Origin: Minisyncoccota bacterium
GTDB lineage: Bacteria > Patescibacteriota > Minisyncoccia > Phycocordibacterales > UBA5272
Assembly: GCA_046350775.1 (NCBI GenBank)
Contig: JAXLZS010000001.1
Location: 287,930-351,929, forward strand
Direction of reading: 5' to 3'
DNA length: 64,000 nucleotides
Positions 10,015 through 19,598 of the stretch are shown here, one piece after another. Both the position numbers and the translations under genes were made by a program. A model generated the notes under the pieces. The model had not been told where the DNA came from and did no database searches. It saw nothing but the letters and a program-made list of their open reading frames with translations. Position 1 is the stretch's first letter. Each line of letters opens with the position of its first letter.

Positions 10015-10299
10015 ATGCAAAATAATAAGTTATATGTTGGTGGTATCCCTTACGCATCAACAGCAGAAGATTTAAAAAACTACTTCTCTCAAGCTGGTGA
10101 AGTCAAAGACGCTATGATTATCATGGACAAAATGACTCGCCGCTCAAAAGGTTTTGGATTCGTAGAAATGGCAGACGCTGAAAGCGCAAGCAAAGCTATC
10201 TCAATGTTCCATGATAAAGAGTACGAAGGAAGAAAATTGACTGTCAATCTAGCTCGTCCTATGGAAAAGTCAGAAGATAGACCAAGAAGAAACTTCTAA
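10015..10299 (+). CDS. RRM (RNP-1) RNA-binding protein
   Basis: KLYVGGI (RNP2) and SKGFGFVEM (RNP1); start moved to the ATG of MQNNK. Confidence 0.93.
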   Translation: MQNNKLYVGGIPYASTAEDLKNYFSQAGEVKDAMIIMDKMTRRSKGFGFVEMADAESASKAISMFHDKEYEGRKLTVNLARPMEKSEDRPRRNF

Positions 10300-10310
10300 T
10301 TAATCTTCAA

Positions 10311-10343
10311 TATAAAAACTCCACACTATGTGGAGTTTTTATA
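10311..10343. terminator. bidirectional terminator
   Basis: TATAAAAACTCCACA-cta-TGTGGAGTTTTTATA. Confidence 0.85.
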
Positions 10344-11081
10344 TTATTTATCCCAACCTTTTTTGATTATCGCAGCTTTGGCTGCATTTGTTTCGGCTTC
10401 TTGCTTACTTTTTCCTTCACCTTCAGCTATTCTTTTCTCTCCAAAATAGATAGCAATGATAAATTTTTTATCATGATCTGGTCCAGACTCAGATACCACT
10501 CTGTAGCTCGGGGTGACTGACAATATATCTTGAGACTTTTCTTGCACCATAGATTTTGCGTCTTTATATTTTCCTTCTTCGATAATCTTATCAGTATGAA
10601 TAAGTAATGTCTTTTCAATAAAATCTTTTGCAAATTCATAACCTTTGTCTAAAAATATCGCCCCAATAAATGATTCATAAGTATCTGCTAGTATAGAAAG
10701 TCTCGCCTTTCCAAAGTCCTTACTTTCACCTTTTGATAAAAATAGATAATCATTAAAATTTAAATCTTTAGCGATACCGCTTATAGTCTTAGTATTTACA
10801 AGTGCTGCTCGATAAGCTGTCAATTCCCCCTCTGCCAGATCTGTAAATTTATGATAAAGATAATTTGTAGAAGCCAATTCTAGTACAGCATCACCCAAAA
10901 ACTCGAGTCTTTCATTGTGGCCCAATTTTGATCCAGAGCTTTCATTGATATATGATCTATGGATAAAAGCTTGAATTAATAGATTTTTATTATTAAAATT
11001 AATGCCTAAATCTTTTTCTAAGACACTAAAATCTTTTTCATTTTTTACTTCTTTAGTCTTTTTGGTTTTATTTATGTTCAT
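10344..11081 (-). CDS. rnc: ribonuclease III
   Basis: HNERLEFLGDAVL signature and C-terminal dsRBD (GPDH, GEGKSKQEAE); start at MNINK, overlapping nusB. Confidence 0.96.
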   Translation of the reverse strand: MNINKTKKTKEVKNEKDFSVLEKDLGINFNNKNLLIQAFIHRSYINESSGSKLGHNERLEFLGDAVLELASTNYLYHKFTDLAEGELTAYRAALVNTKTISGIAKDLNFNDYLFLSKGESKDFGKARLSILADTYESFIGAIFLDKGYEFAKDFIEKTLLIHTDKIIEEGKYKDAKSMVQEKSQDILSVTPSYRVVSESGPDHDKKFIIAIYFGEKRIAEGEGKSKQEAETNAAKAAIIKKGWDK

Positions 11082-12000
11082 AATTCTGATTAATCTTTTC
11101 GAGGCCTGAGGCAATTATTGGCTTTATATCATCATAAATCTTTAATCCATCTATCTGATCAAGAGAAAACCATTTTGCCTCAGTGAGACCAGTATTTTCT
11201 TTTTCTAAGACGAGTGGCTCGTGAGATGCTTCTGCCAAGAAATAAGAAACATGCTTTTTAACTTTTTCTGGAGCCTGATTCTTTTCTTCTTCAGATATCT
11301 CTTCTGGCTTTTTCGCATTAGCTATATAAGTATTCTCACTCAATTTATCTTTTATTACGACATTTACACCTATTTCTTCTTTAATTTTTCTGACTGCTCC
11401 TACACGAAGATCTTCCTCTGGCATCAATTTTCCTTTTGGGAGAGTCCAATGCTTAAAAATATCTTTTACAAAAGCAATAAAAACTTGTCCGTTGTAGACA
11501 GAATATACCATACCACCAGCCAGATTGACAGTCTCTAAATTATTTTTTTTTTGACTAGATTCTTCTTTTCTAGGCTCACCCATTTCTTTGTATATAGATC
11601 CAAGTACTCCGTTTACAAATTTGTGAGAGTTCACGCTGCTGTAGTTTTTAGCTAGCTCTATAGCCTCATCAATCGCAACTTTTGGTGGCACAATATCACC
11701 ATTAAAAAGTAATTCAGCAAGACCAAGACGAAGAATATTTCTATCCATAGTATTTATCTTGTCGAGTGGCCACTCTGGTGCCGCACGAGAAATAATATCA
11801 TCAAGAGTGGAAACTCTCTCTTGAATAGTAGTCAGTAGGTTAAAAATAAATCCATCATCCTCCCCTTCTGCGAATTCATTTATTTGTCTTTGGATCATTT
11901 TTTGTAGTCCTTCTTTATTGATATTTAGATTATCATTTACATCTAATTCAAAAAGAATTTGAAGAACTATACCTCTAGCTAAATGTCTATTTATATTCAT
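11068..12000 (-). CDS. nusB: NusB fused to a C-terminal NUDIX domain
   Basis: RHLAR, DRNILRL, VAIDEAIELAK, FVNGVL; then WTLPKGK...R.IKEEIGV Nudix-like box. Confidence 0.92.
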   Translation of the reverse strand: MNINRHLARGIVLQILFELDVNDNLNINKEGLQKMIQRQINEFAEGEDDGFIFNLLTTIQERVSTLDDIISRAAPEWPLDKINTMDRNILRLGLAELLFNGDIVPPKVAIDEAIELAKNYSSVNSHKFVNGVLGSIYKEMGEPRKEESSQKKNNLETVNLAGGMVYSVYNGQVFIAFVKDIFKHWTLPKGKLMPEEDLRVGAVRKIKEEIGVNVVIKDKLSENTYIANAKKPEEISEEEKNQAPEKVKKHVSYFLAEASHEPLVLEKENTGLTEAKWFSLDQIDGLKIYDDIKPIIASGLEKINQNYEHK

Positions 12001-12045
12001 AATTTTATTTTACTAAAGAAATTATAACATGAAAATTTTAGGAAA

Positions 12046-12078
12046 AATAAAAACCACAAGATTTTTGTGGATTTTATT
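12046..12078 (-). terminator. terminator after rpmF
   Basis: AATAAAA.CCACAA/TTGTGG.TTTTATT imperfect hairpin. Confidence 0.6.
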
Positions 12079-12091
12079 GCTAAGATTTTGA

Positions 12092-12283
12092 TTATTTAGC
12101 TACAGTTTTAGCCTTTACTTTTCTGACAACTTTACCTTTGTACATTCCACAAGCATCACATGCTGTGTGTGAGTGAATCATAGCTCCACAATTTGGGCAG
12201 CCTTGTAAATTGGCCGCTTTTAGAGCGTGATGACTTCTTCTGTTTGCTGTGTGAGCTCTTGTATGTCTCATTCTTACTACCAT
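12092..12283 (-). CDS. rpmF: 50S ribosomal protein L32
   Basis: RRSHHAL, CxxC...CxxCG.Y.G. Confidence 0.95.
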   Translation of the reverse strand: MVVRMRHTRAHTANRRSHHALKAANLQGCPNCGAMIHSHTACDACGMYKGKVVRKVKAKTVAK

Positions 12284-12360
12284 AAATTTTGATTTATATT
12301 ATCTATAAATAATAACATTTTTAGCTCTTTTTTGCAAATAATAAAAGATCCTTCATTATA

Positions 12361-13488
12361 CTAATGAATTATGTTTAAAGTCTTAACTAAATCTTCTAAT
12401 GATTGAGTATAGCCACCGCCACTAATATTAAACTTAATAAAACCAATACCTCTTATAGGTACTATTAAAGTCTCCCATCTCCCTGTGCCTCTAAAAACAG
12501 TTAGCGGATTTCCTGAATTTGTATAATACGTTTTTGAAAAATATGAAATTGAAGAAGTCGCCCAACTTCCATCCATCTCACTTTGTGCATATACCATATA
12601 CGAATTTGAATTTTTATCATAAGAGTATGTTATGCCGCCAAATTTTGCATCACTGTCAGTTATAGAATTTCCAGATACATAACTTATGTTAATAGTATCC
12701 CCTGCCCATTGTCCTTTGATTTGAGTTAAAATAATTTTATTAAGATTATTAGTGGTAATACTCCAGTCTGATGTTTTTGAAAATGATACATTCCATTCTG
12801 GTTTTGAAATCAAGTTATTATTTGTTTGTTTAACTGGTGGAGTCAAAGTTTCTACTACTTGATTTGGGTCTAGTGATCTTACAGAATCTAATACATTATT
12901 CCAATATGTTTGTGATTGAGGAGAATATTGTTTTAAAATACTATAGACAAAATCACCAATCTTTATAAATCTCTGTTCTGTGTTATTTGCACACCCTGAG
13001 CCAGAAAGACATCCTGCTATATTTTTTTGATAATATGAATAAGGTATAACTTGTACAAATGCTGCTTGGACATAACATTTTCCATTATCTGAAGTTTCAT
13101 TTAGTTCGGTACATGGGAATCTTCCATCTGGAACATTAATACTGAAACTTTCCAGCTTGGTGCCAGCAACTGATTCTTGATTACGGACAACCTTATAATC
13201 TGTAACATCGCTAGGCAATGTAAATTGAATTCCTAATTCTTTATTTATATAGACATTAGCAGATGAATTATTAGCGTCAACATTCTGATTATTATTTTGA
13301 TTTGTTGAATTTAAAATAATAGTACTAGAAGCAAAAATGGAACCAAGAGTAACTGGAGTATTTTGGATTGTAGATGAATTTAGATCATCCTTTTTTATTA
13401 AAGAATTATATTTATAAGCCATGACACCAAAACCAACAATAGCTATGACTGCTATTATAGATAAAATAGAAATTAAACTTTTTTTCAT
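12361..13488 (-). CDS. membrane-anchored extracellular hypothetical protein
   Basis: N-terminal TM anchor, N/S/T-rich linker, Cys pairs. Confidence 0.8.
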   Translation of the reverse strand: MKKSLISILSIIAVIAIVGFGVMAYKYNSLIKKDDLNSSTIQNTPVTLGSIFASSTIILNSTNQNNNQNVDANNSSANVYINKELGIQFTLPSDVTDYKVVRNQESVAGTKLESFSINVPDGRFPCTELNETSDNGKCYVQAAFVQVIPYSYYQKNIAGCLSGSGCANNTEQRFIKIGDFVYSILKQYSPQSQTYWNNVLDSVRSLDPNQVVETLTPPVKQTNNNLISKPEWNVSFSKTSDWSITTNNLNKIILTQIKGQWAGDTINISYVSGNSITDSDAKFGGITYSYDKNSNSYMVYAQSEMDGSWATSSISYFSKTYYTNSGNPLTVFRGTGRWETLIVPIRGIGFIKFNISGGGYTQSLEDLVKTLNIIH

Positions 13489-13529
13489 AAATTTGTTTTT
13501 TAATATTAATAAATTAATTATACACCTTT

Positions 13530-14072
13530 TTAAAAAATTAAAATTTTCACAAAAAAAACAGGGCCAGAGGTCCTGTTTTGCAAAGTCTTTTTCTTCAGCT
13601 CCCTTAAGAGAGTTTCTATTAAAAACTTTTTCCTTTCATCCCAAAGCTTTTGAGCTTTTTCTGAGGATGCCATACCCATAATTATTGTAGGCTTAGCATT
13701 CTTAGACATCTCATAATCATCATCCTCAAGCCATTGACTAACAATTTCTCCACCATTAGTGTCGCCGGCATAGAAAATCTCGGCATCCGGGTCAAGATAA
13801 ATCAGATATTTCTTGGTCTCATTTGAAAATACAAGACGTCCTTGAAATATGTATGCCTTGACCTTTTCCTTTTCGGGGGTAAAAAATACAATGCTATCGC
13901 CCATGTTTTTAGCTATCCAAACAATTGTGTCGTTCGGAATAATAGGTGCCGGCTCCCTTGTGTAAGGTTGGTCCTGGAAAGGATTTACTTCACTTGCCTC
14001 TACAGGCTTTTCTTGTGAACGGCAGGAAAAAATGAAAATTACAAAAACAAAAAACAAAAAAATGTTCCTCAT
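13530..14072 (-). CDS. putative lipoprotein (orphan)
   Basis: MRNIFLFFVFVIFIFS-C lipobox-like signal; upstream TTGACA promoter. Confidence 0.7.
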   Translation of the reverse strand: MRNIFLFFVFVIFIFSCRSQEKPVEASEVNPFQDQPYTREPAPIIPNDTIVWIAKNMGDSIVFFTPEKEKVKAYIFQGRLVFSNETKKYLIYLDPDAEIFYAGDTNGGEIVSQWLEDDDYEMSKNAKPTIIMGMASSEKAQKLWDERKKFLIETLLRELKKKTLQNRTSGPVFFVKILIF

Positions 14073-14156
14073 GATCAAAATTTTTAGAGGGTTAATAAGA
14101 AATACATTCCTATACTATATTAACACAAAAACATTATTATTGTCAAACTTAATATA

Positions 14157-14185
14157 AAAAATGCTGCACAAATAGCGCAGCATTT
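14157..14185 (-). terminator. terminator of the 14678 ORF
   Basis: AAAATGCTGC/GCAGCATTTT stem. Confidence 0.75.
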
Positions 14186-14195
14186 TACAATTTCT

Positions 14196-14678
14196 TTACA
14201 ACACAAACGATATTTCTGTGTTTGAAGCTGGAACTATTTCACCAATATTGGTGGAAATAGTTCTGATCTTAAATACAACCTTCACACCAGGTATGTACCC
14301 ATTGGTACGTGATAATGTTGAAATCCTCACGTTAAAAGGAATAGTACTTTCACCAGGCTGAAGTATTTTATTCAGCACCACAGACAAATCATCTGTAAAT
14401 GTTGTCCATGTTCCAGAATTTACGAACCGATAAGAGATTCCAGAAAAAATACTACCGGTTGCTGTTTGTAAATTCACAGAATACACAGTGATATTTTGGT
14501 TGGAAGGATTCCAAACGGAATAGCTTCCAACTATCACTGTATCACTCGGACCAATTTGTCCGATGTTGTAATTAGGAGAGGTATTAATGTCCACCCGTGA
14601 TGGAACATTTTCTTTTTTACAAGAAATTAAAAATAAAGAAATTGTAACTGTAACAAGGAACAAAAAATACTTTTTCAT
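14196..14678 (-). CDS. putative lipoprotein (orphan)
   Basis: MKKYFLFLVTVTISLFLIS-CKKEN; upstream TTGACA-17-TATACT. Confidence 0.75.
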   Translation of the reverse strand: MKKYFLFLVTVTISLFLISCKKENVPSRVDINTSPNYNIGQIGPSDTVIVGSYSVWNPSNQNITVYSVNLQTATGSIFSGISYRFVNSGTWTTFTDDLSVVLNKILQPGESTIPFNVRISTLSRTNGYIPGVKVVFKIRTISTNIGEIVPASNTEISFVL

Positions 14679-14844
14679 GACTGTTTTGTTTGTATTGTTT
14701 TAAAAATAAGATTTCTAGATACTATATATAGTATAGCATATTGATATATATTTGTCAATATATAAAATAATATGTTAAAATTAATTATCTTTATAATTTA
14801 TTTTATTAAAGTATTCAATTTATTTGGATTAAAACTTTAAATTT

Positions 14845-17800
14845 ATGCAAAATGAAACTCTAGAAAATGAGGCAAAAACAAAAGAAATTACTGAGCAAGA
14901 AACTCCTTTTATTCATCTTCGCACTCACTCCCACTACTCCATCCTCAAATCCCTACCCCAAATCAAGCAGCTGGTAAAAAAAGCTTTGGAATTCAAAATG
15001 CCTTATCTCGCTCTGACTGATTACAACAACATGTATGGAGCTATAGAATTTTATAAAGCCTGCAAAGATAAAAATATTAAGCCAATACTCGGAGCAGAGA
15101 TAGATTTCAGAACAGAAAATAATCTAAAGAAAAAATATAAATTAGTCTTTCTGGCAAAAAATGAAAAAGGATACAAATCTCTCATGAAGCTGGTATCTCT
15201 GGCTCAGATAAAAGATAGACTTGATCCACATGTAGATTTAAAGATGCTAAGAGAAAATTTTAATCAAGACTCTGGTCTTGTGGTATTGTCAGGAGCTCAA
15301 GACGGAGAGATATCAGACTCTTTGGCTCGTGCTGATTTTGATGGAGCTAAAAAAATCTTGGAAAATTTTGAAAATATTTTTGGAGAAGATGGTTTTTATC
15401 TTGAATTATCACCTCAAAATAATTTTGACTATGCGGAAGAAATAAAAGAAAATACTATAAAATTTGTAAAAGATATAACAAAAAAAGAAAAGCAATTAAT
15501 CTTTACACAAAATTCTCACTATCTCACCGAGTCAGATAGAGCAGCACACAGAGTGATCTTTAATATTCATGGTGAGATAGAAGATGTAGAGCTTTATCAA
15601 AACAAATTCAACAAAGCAGACTATTCTTTTATCGATACCAAAAAAGCAAAAGAGCTGGCAAAAAAAATCGGTAGTGAAAAATATAATTTAGAAAATCAAA
15701 ATATTGATATAATTCGAAACACTTTTGATTTAGCAGAATCTTTAAAATGTGAAATCGAGCTAGGAAAGTGGCATTTTCCAGATATTGCAAAAGATTATCA
15801 AGAAGAACTGGATAAAGGAAAAACTTTAGACGACGTACTAGAAAGACTGGCGATGGAAGGTATTGAAAAAAGAAAAATAAGTGACGAAAGAAAAGATGAA
15901 GTTATAGAAAGACTCAAATACGAATTGGACATCATAAAAACTAAGGGCTATGCTCCATATTTTCTTGTGGTGTATGACATGCTCAAATACGCCTCAGACA
16001 ATGGTATCCTGACCAACATCAGAGGATCGGTGGCCGGATCAATGACTACATATCTACTTCGCATCACAAAATGCGATCCATTAATTTACCAAATTCCCTT
16101 TGAAAGATTTTTAAATCCAGAAAGACCATCAGCCCCCGACATAGACATGGACTATGCTGATGACAGAAGAGATGAAATGATCGACTATGTGAGAGGTAAA
16201 TACGGCGAAGATAATGTGGCCCAGATTGGGACTTTTGGTACCATGCTTGCAAGAGGTGCTGTAAAAGATGCAGCTCGTGCCATGAAATATCCTTACTCAC
16301 TAGGAGATAAGATCTCTAAAATGATACCAATGCCTAAGCAAGGATTTCCCGTCTTTATTGATGGAGCAATAGAAGAAGTGGAAGATTTGAAAAAGTTGTA
16401 CGAGACAGAACGTGAAGTACAAATCATACTAGACATGGCAAAACAAGTTGAAGGACTCGTTCGCCATATTGGAGTACATGCTGCCGGAGTGGTGATAGCA
16501 CCAGAAGCTATTTCCAATTACTCACCTATTCAGTGGGATCCAAAAGGCGAAGGAAAAATTATCACTCAATACGACATGCACTCTGTAGATGAAAATAATG
16601 CAGGACTTTTAAAATTCGACTTTCTAGGAATTAGAAATCTTACAATTTTAAAAACTGCTATCAATCTAGCCAAGGAAAGATATGGAGTAGAAATAGACAT
16701 AGAAGAGATAGACTTGGAAGACAAAAATACTTTTAACATACTTTCTCACGGAGAGACGATGGGACTATTCCAATTAAATGGATCAGGTATGACAAAATTC
16801 TTAAAAGATCTAAAACCTTCTACAATTTATGACATCAACGCTATGGTTGCTCTATATCGTCCTGGACCTATCAACAACATTCCGGTATACATTGAAAGAA
16901 AACATAACCCAAAATTAGTATCATATTTGTATGATGATAAAAATCTAAAAGAGATTCTAGAAAAAACTTTTGGCGTACTTGTATATCAGGACGACCTACT
17001 TTTGATGAGTATTAAAATAGCTGGATACTCTTGGGGGGAAGCTGATAAATTCCGTAAAGCGGTCGGTAAAAAAATCCCAGAAGAAATGCAAAAACAAAAA
17101 GAGAGATTTATAAATGGTTGTGTAAACCATTCAAAATGGCCACTCGCAAAAGCCGAAGAACTTTGGCATTGGATAGAGCCTTTTGCTGCTTACGGCTTTA
17201 ATAAAGCCCACTCAGCCTCATATGGTCGCGTAGCTTATCAGACAGCTTTTATGAAGGCTAACTATCCTATAGCCTTTATGACTGCCATATTGACCGAAGA
17301 GTCTGGTGACATTGATAAAATCTCAGAAATTGTCTCTGAGTGTAGAAGAATGAAAATAGAAGTATTACCACCAAATGTAAACTACTCTATGGGAGGATTT
17401 TCAATAGTAGAAAATTTAAATGATCCAAAGTATAAAGAAGCTATCAGATTTGGACTTTATACAATTAAAAATCTTGGCGGAAATATTGCTGACGCAATAA
17501 TAAACGAAAGAGAAAAAAATGGGAAATATAAAAACCTAGAAGATTTCATTGCTCGCATCACTCACAAAGATCTAAATAAAAAATCACTAGAGTCACTCAT
17601 AATGTGTGGAGCTATGGATGATTTTGGAGAAAGAAAAGAATTACTCTACAACGTAGACCATCTACTCGAATATCATAAGACACACGTCAAAGACAATAAA
17701 TCTCAAAATAATATTTTTGATATGTTTACTGACAATACTTCATCATTCACTCTCAAAAAGTGTCCCCCAGCCACACAAACAGAAAAACTAAACTGGGAAA

Positions 17801-18168
17801 AAGAATTAATTGGCTGCTATGTCTCTGGATCACCTCTCGATAAATGGAGAGATAAATTAGAGACTAGAAATGTAAATATAAAAAATATATTAGATGATGC
17901 AAACCCTGATGTAGCTGAAAATAAAAACATTCGCCTCCCATCTCTCATAGAAAAAATAAAAGTCACCAAAACTAAAAACGGTGATCAGATGGCTCTAGTT
18001 AAAATATCAGATCTCTCTGGACAATTTGAAGTGGCTGTCTTTCCAAAAATTTATAAGAATTTAAAAAACAAATTAATACTAAACACACCTCTGATTTTCG
18101 TGGGAAAAGTAGCTAGTAAAAACGGAGAGAAGACAATGGTAGTAGATAGTATCGAAGAGATGAAATAA
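14845..18168 (+). CDS. dnaE: DNA polymerase III alpha subunit
   Basis: PHP domain (HLRTHSHYS), RGSVAGS, PDIDMD, KFDFLG, YGFNKAHS. Confidence 0.97.
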   Translation: MQNETLENEAKTKEITEQETPFIHLRTHSHYSILKSLPQIKQLVKKALEFKMPYLALTDYNNMYGAIEFYKACKDKNIKPILGAEIDFRTENNLKKKYKLVFLAKNEKGYKSLMKLVSLAQIKDRLDPHVDLKMLRENFNQDSGLVVLSGAQDGEISDSLARADFDGAKKILENFENIFGEDGFYLELSPQNNFDYAEEIKENTIKFVKDITKKEKQLIFTQNSHYLTESDRAAHRVIFNIHGEIEDVELYQNKFNKADYSFIDTKKAKELAKKIGSEKYNLENQNIDIIRNTFDLAESLKCEIELGKWHFPDIAKDYQEELDKGKTLDDVLERLAMEGIEKRKISDERKDEVIERLKYELDIIKTKGYAPYFLVVYDMLKYASDNGILTNIRGSVAGSMTTYLLRITKCDPLIYQIPFERFLNPERPSAPDIDMDYADDRRDEMIDYVRGKYGEDNVAQIGTFGTMLARGAVKDAARAMKYPYSLGDKISKMIPMPKQGFPVFIDGAIEEVEDLKKLYETEREVQIILDMAKQVEGLVRHIGVHAAGVVIAPEAISNYSPIQWDPKGEGKIITQYDMHSVDENNAGLLKFDFLGIRNLTILKTAINLAKERYGVEIDIEEIDLEDKNTFNILSHGETMGLFQLNGSGMTKFLKDLKPSTIYDINAMVALYRPGPINNIPVYIERKHNPKLVSYLYDDKNLKEILEKTFGVLVYQDDLLLMSIKIAGYSWGEADKFRKAVGKKIPEEMQKQKERFINGCVNHSKWPLAKAEELWHWIEPFAAYGFNKAHSASYGRVAYQTAFMKANYPIAFMTAILTEESGDIDKISEIVSECRRMKIEVLPPNVNYSMGGFSIVENLNDPKYKEAIRFGLYTIKNLGGNIADAIINEREKNGKYKNLEDFIARITHKDLNKKSLESLIMCGAMDDFGERKELLYNVDHLLEYHKTHVKDNKSQNNIFDMFTDNTSSFTLKKCPPATQTEKLNWEKELIGCYVSGSPLDKWRDKLETRNVNIKNILDDANPDVAENKNIRLPSLIEKIKVTKTKNGDQMALVKISDLSGQFEVAVFPKIYKNLKNKLILNTPLIFVGKVASKNGEKTMVVDSIEEMK

Positions 18169-18191
18169 AAAATGTATTTATTTCTTAAAAA

Positions 18192-19583
18192 CTAATTCTT
18201 TTCTTGCCAGATTTTGTCCTGTCTTACCAGATCAATATTAGAGTCATGATTTTCAGCCAAAATCATTTTTACCACTCTCTCCATTCTTGAGCCTTGAGAG
18301 CCTTTCACAAATATCAAATCTCCACCGACCTCTTTTTCATTCTTTCCCAGTTTATAATCTCCCTCGACTTCTCTTTCTAAGATTCTAAGCAATTCCTTTC
18401 CGGCTTCTATGCTATTGTTTGTAGCAAAAACATTTTCAGGAGACATACCATTTTTTATTGCTGTGCTAGATATAATATTAGCCCTGATACCAGAAGTGAT
18501 CAATATATCGCAATTTCCCACAACCAACTCCCCTATTCTTTCATGTTCACTCTTTGTAAAATCACCAAGCTCTAGCATATCACCCAAGACGACTATCTTC
18601 TTTCCAGTCGGTTTTATCTTTTTTATTGTTTCTATACCATGTTCTACGGCTTTTGGAGAAGAATTGTAGGTGTCGTCTACTATGACAGAATTGTAAATAC
18701 CGTCGAGCACTCTCATCCTGCCATTTGTCCTTTTTGTTTTTTCTATTTCATTTATAGCTTTATCTATATCAATATTTAAAATCTCTGATATTAATATGCT
18801 TGGTAAAACAGAATAAATGACAGCATCCCCAAGAGATCCCCTCATATTTATTTTTGTAAATTTTCCGGATTTTAGATTTAATTTAGCTGAGATACCATTT
18901 ATTTTCAAAATTTTATTATCATCTTGATGTGTATCAATACTTATATCACTAGCACAAATGTCTGCAGACTTATCCTTAATAGAAAAGGATTTTAGTTTTA
19001 TGTTTCTAGAACTATTTTCTTCTGCTATTTTTCTACAGTCTTCATCATCAAGATTATAAATAAAGGTACCGCCTTCTTTTATAGCTTCGACAAGATATTT
19101 TTTTTCTCTTACTAATCTACTTCTGTCTCCACCAAAAAACTCAATATGTACAGGGACTTTCGCAAAGCCAGTCAAGACAGTTATGTCAGGCTTTATATAT
19201 TTGCAGACATTTTTTATATCATTTGGTGAGTCAGCTCCGACTTCTAACACTAAATATTTAAAAACATTTTTATCAAACATTTTTACAAATCCAGAAAATA
19301 CTATTTTTATCCAAAGAAAAAGATTATTCCATCCGCTTGGTAATTCTAATATTGTGAGAGGTATACCAAATTCACTATTCATACTCTTTTTACTTGAAAC
19401 AACAAGAGACTCTCCATGAGAATCTAATAAATTATTTTTCAAAGCAGCATAAATAAAATCCTTTGTAGAAGTCTTGCCAAGATTACCTGTGATGGCTATG
19501 ACCGTAGGATTATTCTTCTTTAATAAGAATTTAGCTTGAAATGTTATTATTGTTAAAACGATTTTTTTAAAAATATCTTTCAT
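18192..19583 (-). CDS. murF: UDP-N-acetylmuramoyl-tripeptide--D-Ala-D-Ala ligase
   Basis: ITGNLGKTSTK, LEVGAD, DDTYNSSP, LGDMLELG, VKGSQ. Confidence 0.9.
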   Translation of the reverse strand: MKDIFKKIVLTIITFQAKFLLKKNNPTVIAITGNLGKTSTKDFIYAALKNNLLDSHGESLVVSSKKSMNSEFGIPLTILELPSGWNNLFLWIKIVFSGFVKMFDKNVFKYLVLEVGADSPNDIKNVCKYIKPDITVLTGFAKVPVHIEFFGGDRSRLVREKKYLVEAIKEGGTFIYNLDDEDCRKIAEENSSRNIKLKSFSIKDKSADICASDISIDTHQDDNKILKINGISAKLNLKSGKFTKINMRGSLGDAVIYSVLPSILISEILNIDIDKAINEIEKTKRTNGRMRVLDGIYNSVIVDDTYNSSPKAVEHGIETIKKIKPTGKKIVVLGDMLELGDFTKSEHERIGELVVGNCDILITSGIRANIISSTAIKNGMSPENVFATNNSIEAGKELLRILEREVEGDYKLGKNEKEVGGDLIFVKGSQGSRMERVVKMILAENHDSNIDLVRQDKIWQEKN

Positions 19584-19598
19584 AATATTTTAATTATA

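Noticed and set aside
13421-13681. + strand ORF containing SFSSAPLRE, similar to the elp3 insertion peptide SFSNGAPLRE
   Set aside because: The DNA does not align with the elp3 palindrome and the ORF is an antisense shadow; treated as coincidence
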